Below are positions 12,249 through 25,060 of a DNA stretch of 64,000 nt, piece by piece (the stretch's first letter is position 1; the number at the start of each line of letters is the position of its first letter). The DNA lies in assembly GCA_052327205.1 (NCBI GenBank), contig CM126203.1:224440001-224504000 (forward strand), in the 5' to 3' direction. The position numbers and the translations under genes were made by a program. The stretch comes from Somniosus microcephalus (Eukaryota). The notes under the pieces were generated by a model. The model worked only from the letters and a program-made list of their open reading frames with translations, did not search any database and was not told where the DNA came from.

Positions 12249-14855
12249 TTATAAATTCAGTCTTTGGGGAGGCTTCCTGATTCTTTCTGGATAACGCCTT
12301 TCCCGAGTGTCTCGCTCTTGGTGCGGAGGCGATTCTAGCACCCTGTCGTCAGTTGATTCATCAGCTTCCAATGCTATTGTTTCTGAGGTAGATGCAACCT
12401 GTACGTCGGGTTCCTCACCAGGTACGTATGGCCGAGACATGGGGTTGACTCGTTCCTGTGACTCTAGGATCTGGTCAGCATGGCGTCTCACAATGTTCTC
12501 CCCAACATCCACTGTGTACATTAGTGGCCCCTGCCGTGTGCATATCGTTCCTGGTTGCCATTTCTCTGTTCGGTAGTCGCGGGCCAAGACTGGTTGTCCT
12601 ACATTGAAGCTCCTTGTTGGCTTCTCATTGATGTGTTGGAATTGCTTACTCTCAACATCTCTTCGTACATTTGGTCTGAGCAAATCCAGACAAGATCTCA
12701 ACCTTCGGTTAAAGAACATCATGGCCGGGGCCTGGTTGGTGACTGCATGTGTCGCATTTCTGTAGGCTAACAGGAAATTGTCCACCTTATGCTGCAGTGG
12801 AATGTCGTCATCGCACATGGCCTTTACTGCTTTTTTAAAGGTTGGTACGAACCTCTCAGCCAATCCATGTGTGGCTGGATGATACGGGGCGGATGTGTAA
12901 TGCCTTACCCCATTCCTTTTCATAAATCTTCGAAACTCTTCAGACACAAACTGTGGTCCGTTATCAGAGCAAATCTGCTCTGGCAAGCCGTTCCTGGCAA
13001 AAATGGTCCGTAGGACTGCAATAGTTTTCTCCGTGGTGGTGGAGGACATTTTGATCACCTCAGGCCATTTCGAGTGCGCATCCATGGCTATTAAAAACAT
13101 TGAGTCCATGAATGGACCAGCAAAATCAATATGCACCCGTTGCCATGGAGATGAGGGCCACTCCCATGGGTGTAGAGGGGCATGTGGTGGTGCATTTTGG
13201 ACCTTCTGGTTTTGTTGATCGATTCCCGGCCACCACACATAAGCCCTAGCAAGGCTTTTCATTTTCACTCCCCCCAGATGACCTTCATGTAGCTCATTTA
13301 GCACTCTCTCCCTTAACTTGGGTGGAATCACCACTCTGGATCCACACATCAAGGTCCCCTGGCATACTGACAGCTGTTCTCTTCTGGATGAGAATGCTGG
13401 CAACAGTGAGTCGCCATGTGCTGGCCATCCCTTCACCGTCAAATCATATACCCGAGACAGCGTCGGGTCATTTCGGGTCTCCTTCTCTACACCAGCGTTA
13501 GTTATTGGCAAGCATTCAATTATAGTCGAATGAAAAATTTCAACAGGATCCAGTGCTGGTGCTTCCTCCGCAGTAGGCAGTGGCAGGCGTGATAGCCCAT
13601 CAGCGTTTCCATGCTGTAACGTGCCCTTATACTCGATTTCATATTGGTGCGCCCCTAGAAAAAGGGACCATCTTTGTAGCCGTTGCGCAGTCATCACCGG
13701 AACGCCCTTCTTTGGATTAAAGATGGAGACAAGTGGTTGGTGGTCAGTCAGCAAGGTGAACTTCTGCCCGTGCAGATAGTGATTGGACTTTTTCACTCCC
13801 CACACTAGGCTGAGGGCCTCCCTGTCAATCTGGGTGTAGTTACGCTCGGCTGAGTTTAGTGACCGAGATGCAAAGGCTACTGGCCTCTCCGAGCCATCCG
13901 GGAATTTGTGCGACAGCACCGCTCCAATGCCATAGGGTGATGCATCACACGCCAACCGAATTGGTAGTGCTGGGTTGAAATGAGCCAACACCTCTTTTGA
14001 TGTGATCAATGCTTTGCTCTTCTGGAAAGCTCGTTTACATTCGTCACTCCACTTCCATGCTACCCCCGTTTGCAGTAGGGTGTTCAGTGGGTGTAGTACT
14101 GTAGACAAATTCGGCAAGAACTTATGGTAGTAGTTCACCAGCCCGAGGAACGACCTCAGTTGTGACACGTTTTCCGGTGCTGGAGCCTTGACTACTGCCT
14201 CAATCTTTTCAGGGGACTTATGTAACCCCTCTTTATCAATAACGTGGCCACAATACGAGATCTGCTTCTGGAAAAACTCGCATTTGGGACGATTAGCTCG
14301 GAGCCCATATTCCTTCAATCTAGTGAGCACCTGCTCCAGGTTGGCGAGGTGATCACTGTCATTTTCGCCCATGACCAGGATGCCTTCCAAATAACACTGG
14401 GTCCCTGGAATCCCTTGCAGGACTTGTTCCATTGCCCTTTGCCAAAAAGCCGGAGCTGATGCTACCCCGAACACCAGCCGGTTGTATTGGCAGAGACCTT
14501 TATGAGTATTGATCCTGAGGTACTGTTTCGAGGCTTCTTCTACCTCCATTTGCAGGTACGCCTGGGCCAGGTGAATCTTAGTGTAGCGTTTCCCTCCAGA
14601 TAGCGAGGCGAAAATATCTTCAATCCGCGGAAGCGGATATTGTACAGTGTGAAGGACTGGGTTCACTGTCACCTTAAAGTCCCCACAGATGCGAACCTTC
14701 TTTGGTTCCCCAGGCGTATTACTCAACGACCTCTTCATTACAGGAATGATGGGTGTAGCCCACTCGCTCCAGTCCACTTTGGACAGTACTCCTGAACGTT
14801 CCAAACCTTCCAGCTCTGCTTCGACGGCTGGGCGGATCGCATAAAACTTAAGCAT
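12249..14855 (-). pseudogene. Gypsy pol (RT, RNase H, integrase)
   Basis: WATPIIPV, RICGDFK, YNRLVFG, DASPYGIGAVL, integrase VHIDFAGP/SDNGPQF/GLAERFV. The RT YLDD motif reads YLEG and the integrase zinc-finger cysteines are deleted. Confidence 0.92.
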
Positions 14856-16166
14856 CTGGCCTTAATAAACTTTGGGCTTGCATTTTCCTCTATTTTGATC
14901 ATTGCTGTTATGCCTTTTAGTGTTCCGAGTCCCTGCTGGAATACTTCTTGTGCGTCAGTTAGCATTTTTGACAGTCGTCCAGGTGAGACGTCGTCATCCT
15001 TTTTGGCATCTACAGTCAGTGCTTGTATGGAATGCCAATCTAGCTGTATCTTCCGGATCCATTCACGTCCTAGTAGTGGTGGTCCTCCATCTGGCAATAC
15101 ATATAGGTCCATTTTTGGTGTTTCCTTGCCGTTATATATAACGTTCACCCTTATTTTTCCTTTGGGGTAGACTTTTTACCCCGTGTACGTCTTCAAGACA
15201 ATCTTTGTATCTCTCAAGTGAGAATAGCCGCTTGTAGTCCCTTCGGTTTATGACTGTTAGGGCTGATCCTGTGTCCAATTCCATTTTCACTTGGACTCCT
15301 GCTATCTTGAGCGTGACCCAGATAGTTTGGTGATCCTCCGTTTTGATCACATTATGTAGTTTCAGGCAACCCAGCTCCTTGCTTCCGGAGTCTGTATCAC
15401 TTATCTGTTCGTCTGAACTACTCTCCGTCACCTTATGTACCTTCTTGTACTTCTCCTGTGGAGATTTCTTGCTGCTGGTTTTCTTTCCCGACCTGCAGAC
15501 TCTTGCTATGTGACCTATTTTTCCACACTGTCTGCACACTTTGTCCTTGAACCAGCAATCATTATGGTCATGTGTTGTTCTGCCGCAGCGATAGCACGTC
15601 ACTGTTCCGTATGACATTTCATTTGTGCCATATTCTTGCGGTCTCCATTGTATCTCTGCAGCGCCCCATGCTGCTGCTTCGTGTGATACTGCAATGCTGA
15701 AAGCCTTGTCCAGCATAAGATCCTTTTCTGAAAGAAGCCGTTTCTGGGTTCCTTCACTTTGAAGCCCACACACAAACTTGTCCCTTAAAGTATCTGCTAG
15801 TCCCGTTCCAAACTGGCAGTGTTTCGATAGCTTGCACAGTTCCGTTAAATACTCAGCATTACTTTCGTCTTTATGCTGGTTCCTTTTGTGAAACTTGAAT
15901 CTTTCTGCTATCAGCAGCGGTGTGGGGTTTAAGTGGTCCTGTAGGATTGACACTATGCTTTCAAAATCCTTTTCTACTGGCTTCTCTGGGGTTACTAGGT
16001 TTCGTAGTAAGCCATACGTTTTTGCACCCATTGAATTCAACAATACCAGCGCTTTGTTGTCATCTGGCACTTCATTCGCCTTGCAGTATACTTCTATGCG
16101 TTCGACATATGTCGTCCAATCTTTGGCTTCATTGTCGAACGCTGTGATACTGCCACTCTTCGGCAT
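14856..16166 (-). pseudogene. Gypsy gag and aspartic protease (frameshifted)
   Basis: Two CCHC knuckles (CYRCGRTTHDHNDC, CRQCGKIGHIARVC) and protease ELDTGS. The frame shifts into ORF 14738-15148 (PLLGREW). Confidence 0.9.
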
Positions 16167-16189
16167 TTTTGGGTGTGGTTAGACTGGCT

Positions 16190-16610
16190 TAAAATGGCAT
16201 CTCCCGCGCTTTCCTTTCTTCCCCACTGCGGCTCAAAATGGCGTCTCCCGCGCTGCTGCCAACGCCGCTCTCGGCGGCCCTCGTGGCAAATGGCGACGCC
16301 CTGTGGGTTTCGTGCGCTGCTCCTGCGCTGCTGCCAATGCCGCTCTCTGCGGTCCTCGTGGCAATGGCAGCGCCTCGCGTTTTCCTGCGCGCCTCTCTCC
16401 CCCGTTGACGCTGCTCGGCCCTTGAACACCGGCTGCGCTCTGCGCGTATTCCTGCTCGCCTCTCTCCCCCGTTGACACTGCTCGGCCCTTGAACACCGGC
16501 TGCGCTCTGCTCTCTCTCATTTCTCTCCCCCGTTGACGCCGCTCGGTCCTGAACACCGGCTGCGCCCTGTGCGCTCTGCCCTCTCTCTCTCCCCTGTCAA
16601 CGCTGCTTGG
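16190..16610. repeat. GC-rich internal tandem repeats in the Gypsy 5' leader
   Basis: About three ~60-70 bp units containing cgttgac..gctcggcccttgaacaccggctgcgc, plus repeated (a)aaatggcg / gcgctgctgccaa units. Confidence 0.75.
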
Positions 16611-16891
16611 CTTTTTTCTGTGCCGCCCGGTCGGCTCTAGCCGCCGCTGTCCGGGAAGGGTCTGCGCAGTACCTGTTGCCAGCCCGTTTCGCTGGACCAC
16701 CGTGACTGGAAAGCCAAGCCTGGCGCTCGACAGCCTCCCCTGCGATGCTCAAATCTCTGCTGGATGACTGGGCGGTTGCCCGTGGTCGACGCCCGTGCTT
16801 CTGGACTCGACCTCCTTCCACTGTTCTCCAGGAGCGAATCCCTGGGAGGTGATGCAGAGTTGCAGGTAGGTTCGAATCTGCCCATCGCCAA

Positions 16892-17105
16892 TGTTATGTC
16901 CGTGTATCTTGATGTTGTGTCCTTCAATAATTAGACAACAAGACTGCAGGGAACGATTCAACAGGTGTTTACTGAATGAGGGTTACTCTAGAACTAACTG
17001 TACAGATCACTACTCAGGGTTTATATACAGGTGTGGTCACTGCCGGTACTACAGTATACAGGAGCTGTAAAAGTAGTTCTCTCCCTTAAAGGTACATACA
17101 TTACA
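16892..17105 (-). repeat. 5' LTR (214 bp)
   Basis: Direct repeat of 11929-12139, followed on the minus strand by tTGGCGA (PBS). Confidence 0.95.
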
Positions 17106-17110
17106 CCTCT

Positions 17111-17575
17111 CTCACCATTCATAAATAGCAGAGTGACATGTGCAATTTTCCTATCTAAAGGAACGGTTCCTGAATCAAGAGAACTTTGGAAGATTATAGT
17201 TAGGTCATCTGCAATGTGGTCACTTACTTCCTTTAAAACCCTGGGATGGAAACTCTAGCTGTGGCCAAACTAATGTTTTATACAGTTCTAGCATAACCTC
17301 CCTGCTCTTATATTCTAAGCCTCAGCTAATAAAGGAAAGCATCCTGTATGCCTTCTTAACCATCTTATCTATCTGTCCTGCTACATTCAGGGATTTGTGA
17401 ACATGCAATCCAAGGTCCCTCTGTTCCTCTACACTTCTCAGGATCCTACCATTTATTGTGTATTCCCTTGCCTTGTTAGCCCTCCCCAATTCTATTACTT
17501 CACACTTCTCTGGATTGAATTCCATTTACCACTTTTCTGCCCACCTGACCAGTCCATCTATATCTTCCTGCCATA
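17111..17575 (-). mobile_element. CR1 fragments
   Basis: Continuation of the interrupted CR1, then MEFNPEKCEVIELGRANKAREY...RDLG. Confidence 0.85.
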
Positions 17576-17925
17576 CTCGTAGGGTACAGATCCGTGGGCA
17601 CCAGTAGTCCTCTGGCACCTCAGCCAAATTCTTGTTCTTCCATGTGAACTTGGACAGTAAATGGTAGCTGGCAGAAGGGGCCTCACAACTGAGTTTGATC
17701 TGGTGTCACCCAATGTTTCGCTTTCCAACAAGATTCACTGGAAAGTGATCAGGAGTGGAAACCTTGGCTATTTTTTTCTTCCCTAGTACTGGGATGCTGA
17801 AGCTAATTGTTAAAATGTTGTTCCCCACTGGCTTACACCAGCAAAGTCAGCACATTGAACCTAGTACCCTCCTAACCTATATTGCTGAATATTACATTGT
17901 GTGTTGAATTTACCCATTAAGTCAT
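17576..17925 (-). mobile_element. Possible old tRNA-derived SINE
   Basis: The minus-strand head has weak A/B-box-like words (gacttaatgggtaa ... ggttcaat). Heavily diverged. Confidence 0.3.
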
Positions 17926-17979
17926 GGAGGATGAACATGTTATTATGTTGTCATTAGTTTGCACATTAAGAATCTATTA

Positions 17980-18513
<534 letters not shown>

Positions 18514-19028
18514 CTACGTGGTGCCTTAGGTGCTGTTCCTGCCATTTTAATAAATTTGAATTGCTATGAGCTTTGCAAGGCTAAATACTTTTTAATATCC
18601 AAGTGGGGTACTAGTGGCACATTACCACAACAATATTGGTTTCCTCTTATGAAAGGAATATATGTGCCCTGATCGGTCCCGAAGCACCTTAATGCATTTC
18701 TTTATAATAAAAAATGAAATGGCTCCTTTTCTACCTGTGAGTGGAAATGGCTTGTATATTTTTTGTGTGCTGTGTTTGGCCATTTCCTTCTTGACTGCTT
18801 GTTAAATTCCCAGTGCACCAAGGAAAATGCACACGAGAAACATGTTAAAATAATTTCATGAATATTTATTCGGTAACGGTAGCATGTTGATTCAGTGCTT
18901 CACTGGATATTGACCCCAAAATTAATAGAAACATAGAAACAAAGTAAAGTAGGAGCAGGAGTAGGCCATTCAGCCCTTCGAGCCTGCTCCACCATTCAAT
19001 ATGATCATGGCTGATCCTCTATCTCATT

Positions 19029-19789
19029 GGCCCAGAAATTGGGGTCTCCACGGGTGAGTACGCACGGGGTACTCACCCGTAGGCCCAATGGAAGTGCCGG
19101 TTTCGTGCATGCACTGCGCATGTGCGGGAAACCGGAACGTCCGTTCCCTTAAAGGAAAGGGTTCAGAGGTCGAACACGTACGCTGGAGAGGCAGCGCGTG
19201 CGCATGGAACTTACGTTTTTTTTCAGCTTTCTCTGGGAGGGTAAGTCTCCAGGAGTTACACATGTAAAAAGTAGGCCCAAGGCCTGCTTTTAACAAGGTA
19301 AGTGATGAATTAATTAAAATTAAAACATTTTTTCCACAGGTTTATTATTTTTAAATAGTTTAAAGAAAGGTAAGTTTATTTTTAGCCCCGTTAGAAAAGG
19401 TAATTAATTTTTTCAAAAATTTAAGTTATTGTTTAAAATAGTTATTTTATGTAATTTATAGTTATTTTAAAAATGTGATTTAAAAAAAATTTATTTGCAG
19501 TTTTAGTGATATTTTGGGGCTTATAGTATTTATAGTTTTGACAGCTCTTCCTGTCAATTTTAGGAATGGGCATTTCCCTGCTACCATTGGCTCTCCATGG
19601 CCCACGTGATCCCAGGGGACGCATCGAAATAACTGCGCCCCTGGAATACACAAGCACTGCGCGCCGGCAGTTGGAGGAGGCCCAGGATCGGAATTCCACG
19701 CGGGCCCACAGCTCAATGGCCTTCACGCTAGGTAAGTGCAGGTCGGAGGCTTGCAACCGCGGGAAGCCTCCGACCCGAATTTCTGGGCC
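19029..19789. mobile_element. MITE inserted in the CR1 3' UTR
   Basis: TIR ggcccagaaatt / aatttctgggcc, 3-bp TSD ATT (19026-19028 / 19790-19792), AT-rich core. Confidence 0.9.
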
Positions 19790-21885
19790 ATTACCATATT
19801 CCCACTCTCTCCCCATACCTCCTGATGTCTTTTGTGTCTAGAAATTTATCTATCTCCTTCTTAAATATATTCAGTGACTTCCTCCACAGCCTTCTGTGGT
19901 AGAGAATTCCACAGGTTCACCATCCTCTGATTGAAGAAATTTCTCCTCATCTCAGTCCTAAATGTCCTACCCCATATCCTGAGACTGTGACCCCTTGTTC
20001 TAGACCCCCCAGCCAGGGGAAACATCCTCCCTGTATCCGGTCTGTCTAGCCCTGTCAGAATTTTATTCGTTTCAATGAGATCCCCTCTCATTCTTCTAAA
20101 CTCTAGGGAATACAGGCCTAGACCACCCAATCTCCCCTCATACGACAGTCCTGCCATCCCAGGAATCAGTCTGGTGAACCTTCGCTGCACTCCCTCTATG
20201 GCAAATATATCCTTTCTTAGGTAAGGAGAACAAAACTGCACACAGTACTCCAGGTGTGGTCTCACCAAGGCCCTGTATAACTGTAGTAAGACATCCTTGC
20301 TCCTGTGCTCAAATCCTCTTGCAATGAAGGCTATCATACCATTTGCCTTCCTAATTGCCTGCTGCACCTGCATGTTTGCTTTCACTGACTGGTATACAAG
20401 GACACCCGGGTCCCTTTGTACATCAACATTTCCCAATCTACCACCATTTAAATAATACCCTGCCTTTCTGTTTTTCCTACCGAAGTACATAACTTCACAT
20501 TTATCCACGTTATACTGCATCTGCCATGTATTTGCCCACTCACTCAACATTTCTAAATTGCCTCGAAGCCTCTTTGCATCCTCCTCACAACTTGTAATCC
20601 CACCTAGTTTTGTGTCATCAGCAAACTTGGAAATATTACATTTGGTTCCCTCATCTAAATCATTGATATATATTGTGAATAGCTGGGGCCGAAGCACTGA
20701 TCGCTGCGGTACCCCACTAGTCACCGCCTGTCACCTCGAAAAAGACCCATTTATTCCTACTCTCTGTTTCCTGTCTGTTAACCAATTTTCAATCCATGCC
20801 AGTATATTGCCCCCAATTCCATGTGCTTAATTTTGCACACTAACCTCTTATGTGGGACTTTATCAAAGGCCTTCTGAAAATCCAAATACACCACATCCAC
20901 TGGTTCTCCCTCATCTATTCTACCAGTTACATCCTCAAAAAACTCCAGTAGGTTTGTCAAACACGATTTCCATTTCATAAATCCATGTTGACTTTGTGTA
21001 ATCCTGTTGATATTTTCTAAGTTTCTTGTTATCACATCCTTTATAATAGACTCTAGCATTTTCCCTACTACTGATGTTAGGCTAACCGGTCTGTAGTTCC
21101 CTGTATTCTCTCTCCCTCCTTTTTTAAATAGTGGGGTTACATTTGTCACCCTCCAATCTGCAGGAACTGTTCCATAATCTATAGAATTTTGGAAGATGAC
21201 AACCAATGCATCCACTATTTCCATGGCTACCTCTTTTAGTACTCTGGGATGCAGATTATCAGGCCCTGGGGATTTATCAGCTTTCAGTCCCATTAATTTC
21301 TCCAGCACTATTTTTTTGCTAATACTAATTTCCTTTAATTGCTCCTTCTCACTAGACCCTTAGTTTCCTAGCATTTGTGGAAAGTTATTTGTGCCCTCTT
21401 CCATGAAGACAGAACCAAAGTATTTGTTTAATTGTTCTGCCATTTCTTTGTTCCCGATTATAAATTCTCACATTTCTGATTGTAAGGGACCTACATTTGT
21501 CTTCACCACTCTTTTTCTTTTTACATACTTGTGGAAGCTTTTACAGTCCACTTTTATGTTCCTTGCAAGTTTACTCTCATACTCTATTTTTCCCCATTTA
21601 ATCAACCTCTTGGTCCTTTTTTGTTGAACTCTAAACTGCTCCCAATCCTCAGGCTTGCTACTTTTTCTGGCAACTTTATATGACTCCTCTTTGGATCTAA
21701 TACTATCCTTAATTTCTTTTGTTAGCCCTGGTTGGGCCGCTTTTCCTTTTGTGTATTTGCACCAGAAAGGAATGTATAACTGTTGCAATTCATGCATTTG
21801 TTCCTTAAATGGTAGCCATTGCCTATCCACTGTCATGCCTTTTAATGAAGCTATCCAATCTATCATAGCCAACTCACTCCTCATA

Positions 21886-23529
21886 CATAGAAACATAGAA
21901 GATAGGAGCAGGAGTAGGCCATTCGGCCCCTCGAGCCTGCTCCGCCATTCAATGCGATCATGGCGGATCATCCAAATTCAGTACCGGTCCCTGCTTTCTC
22001 CCCATACCCCTTGATCCCTTTAGCCTTAAGAAATATATCCAACTCCTTCTTGAATATATTTAATGAATTGGCCTCTACTGCCTTCTGTGGTAGAGAATTC
22101 CACAGGTTCACCACTCTCTGGGTGAAGAAATTCCACCTCATTTCTGTCCTAAATGGCTTACCCCTTATCCTTAGACTGTGACCTCTGGTTCTGGACTCCC
22201 CGGCCATCGGGAACATCCTTCCTGCATCTAGTCTGTCCAGTCCTGTCAGAATGTTATATGTTTCAATGAGATCCCCTCTCATTCTTCTAAACTCCAGCGA
22301 GTATAAGCACAATCGACCCAATCTCTCCTCATACGTCATTCCTGCCATCCCAGGTATCAGCCTGGTGAATCTTCACTGAACTCCTTCCATGGCAAGAACA
22401 TCCTTCCTCAGATAAGGCGACCAAAACTGCACACAATACTCAAGATAAGATGTGATCTCACCAAGGCCCTGTACAACTGCAGCAAGACATCCTTGTTCCT
22501 GTACTCAAACCCTCTCGCTACGAAGGCCAACATACCATTTGCCTTCTTAACTGCCTGCTATACCTGCATGCTTACCTTCAGCGACTGGTGCACAAGGACA
22601 CCCAGGTCTCGTTGCACTTCCCCTTCTCCCAATATATTGCCGCTCAGATAATAATCTGCCTTCCTGTTTTTGCCACCAAAGTGGATAACCTCACAGTTAT
22701 TCACGTTATATTGCATCTTCCGTGCTTCTGCCCAATCACCCAACCTGTCCAAATCATCCTGGAGTTTCTCGGCATCCTCCTCACAGCACACATGCCCACC
22801 CAGCTTTGTGTCGTCTGCAAATTTGGAGATATTACACCTAGTTCCCTTGTCTAGATCATTAATAAATATTGTGAATAGCTGTGGTCCTGCGGTACCCCAC
22901 TAGTCACTGCCTGCCACTCGGAAAAAGACCCGTTTATTCCAACTCTTTGCTTTCTGTCTGCCAACCAGTTCTCTATCCAAGTCAATACCTTGCCCCCAAT
23001 CCCATGTGCCTTAACTTTACATGCTAATCTCTTATGTGGGACCTTATCAAAAGCCTTCTGAAAGTCCAAATACACCACATCCACTGGTTCTCCCTTATCT
23101 ATTTTACCAGTCACATCCTCAAAAAATTCCAGTAAATTAGTCAAGTACGATTTACCTTTTGTAAATCCATGTTGACTTTGTCCGATCATGTCACTGTTTT
23201 CCAAGTGCTCTGCTATTACATCTTTTATAATGGACTCTAGCATGTTCCCCACTACTGATGTCAGGCTTACTGGTCTGTAATTCCCCGTTTTCTCTCTACC
23301 ACCTTTTTTGAATAGTGGGGCAACATTAGCTACCCTCCAATCCATGGGTACTGTTCCAGATTCCATCGAATGTTGGAAGATGATCAGCAATACATCTACT
23401 ATTTCTAGGGCCACTTCCTTAAGTAACCTGGGATGTAGATTATCAGGCCTTGGGGATTTATCGGCCTTCAGTCCCATCAATTTCCCTAACACCATTTCCC
23501 TACAAATACTGATTTCTTTCAGTTCCTCC
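21886..23529 (-). mobile_element. Younger CR1 (RT and 3' tail) nested in the older CR1
   Basis: Has its own tail (catagaaacatagaa) and RT motifs. Very similar to the plus-strand copies at 42850-44500, 45027-46758 and 54750-56313. Confidence 0.9.
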
Positions 23530-24245
23530 CTTCATAGTTTCCTTTGTTTAGAATTCGGGCCCTAGTTTTGGATTGGACTTCTTCACTTTCCATCTTCATG
23601 AAGAATTCTATCATGTTCTGGTCACTCTTCCCTAAAGGACCTCGCACAACAAGAGTATTAATTAACCCCTTCTCATTGCACAATACCCAATCTAGGATAG
23701 TGTGTTCCCTCGTTGGTGCCTCAATGTACTGGTCTAAAAAACCATCTCGTACGCACTCCAGGAATTCATCCTCCACAGTATTATTGCTAATTTGGTTTGG
23801 CCAGTCTAATTGTAGAGTAAAGTCACCCATGATTACTGTAGTACCCTTGTTACATGCATCTCTAATTTCCTGTTTGATGCCAGCCCCTACATTACCACTA
23901 CTGTTTGGAGGCCTATAGACAACTCCCACCAATGTTTTCTGCCCCTTGGTGCTTCTTAGCTCCACCCAGATTGATTCTAAAACTTTATTTTCTGAGCCAA
24001 TATCCCTTCTCACTATTGCTCTGATTTCATCTTTTACTAACAACGCCACCCGACCGCCTTTTCCTTTTTGCCTGTCCTTCCTAAATATCAAATATCTTTG
24101 GATATTCAGCTCCTAGCCTTGGTTCACCCTGCAGCCTTGTCTCCATAATCGCAATGATATCGTAGCCGTTTACATCTATTTGCGCTGTTAATTTGTCTAC
24201 CTTATTAAGAATGCTTTGTGCATTCTGAAGGTGGCTTCCGAGCAG

Positions 24246-25060
24246 GGGGTGGAATTGTGTGGGCGAAACCCCGAAGTCAAGTCAGTGAGTCAGAATCTGC
24301 GACCGCAACTGAATTGAAACAATAAATTTTGACTTCCGGGTTCTGCGACTCCAAGATGCACAGCAGATGTGATGCACACCCGTATGATGTGATCTCAGCT
24401 CTATTGAAAGGGACAATGTACAGCATGAAATTGGAGGAGCCAGGATGTGTTCATGATGGATGCTGCACATTGAGCAAGGGCAGCACCCAGGTTCAATAAA
24501 GCATCACTGGAATTACTGCTGGATGCAGGAGGGAGCAGAAGGGACATATTTTTCCCAGCAATGGGAGGAAAAAACCTGCAGCTCTCACCAAGAAGGTGTG
24601 GCTGGAGGTGGCTGATGAGGTCAGCAGCAGGAGCATTGTAATCAGGTCTTGGATGCAGTGCAGGAAGTGGTTTAACCTAGCCACATCATGAAAAGTGAGT
24701 ATTTTTGGTGATTCACCTACATCCTGTGATTTAGGCCACCCCCTCCTTTACTCTGTCTTGCCAAGTGTTCTCTATCACATCACTCTTCACACCCACTCCA
24801 TTCAGAGCAGCACCCAGCCTTCACTTTCTATGCACTTCATCACTTCCCCATTTATCTAGCCACCGTTGCCACTCACCCCAATGCTTATGCAATATCTGTC
24901 TCATAGTCACCCTCACCTAATGCACTGCATCTATCGGGTGAATACGTGACCTTCAGTCACTCACAGGTCTATTTTTTTGCCGCTTGTAGGAGAAGACAGT
25001 GCAAAACGCAAGGGAGAAAGAGAGGACTGGAGGTGGGCCATTACAAATAGTCCAGCTGGT
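24246..25060 (+). mobile_element. Harbinger end with a degenerate spliced Myb/SANT gene
   Basis: Myb-like exon ~24470-24694 ending aaa|gtgagt, intron, acceptor ttgtag|GAGAAG encoding EKTVQNAREKERTGGGP. Same layout as 48527-49108. Confidence 0.65.

Larger units (their letters stand above)
11929..17105 (-). mobile_element. Full-length Gypsy/Ty3 (Mag-like) LTR retrotransposon, defective
   Basis: TG..CA LTRs at 11929-12139 and 16892-17105, 5-bp TSD CCTCT (11924-11928 / 17106-17110), polypurine tract next to the left LTR, TGGCGA PBS next to the right LTR, gag-PR-RT-RH-IN order. Confidence 0.97.
18927..24226 (-). mobile_element. 5'-truncated CR1 LINE (endonuclease to 3' tail) with two nested inserts
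   Basis: ORF2 pieces 23519-24091 (APE endonuclease), 21468-21887, 20778-21308 and 19861-20724 (SKFADDTKL). The sequence NKGNYEG|MRSEL rejoins across 23530/21887. Confidence 0.9.
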
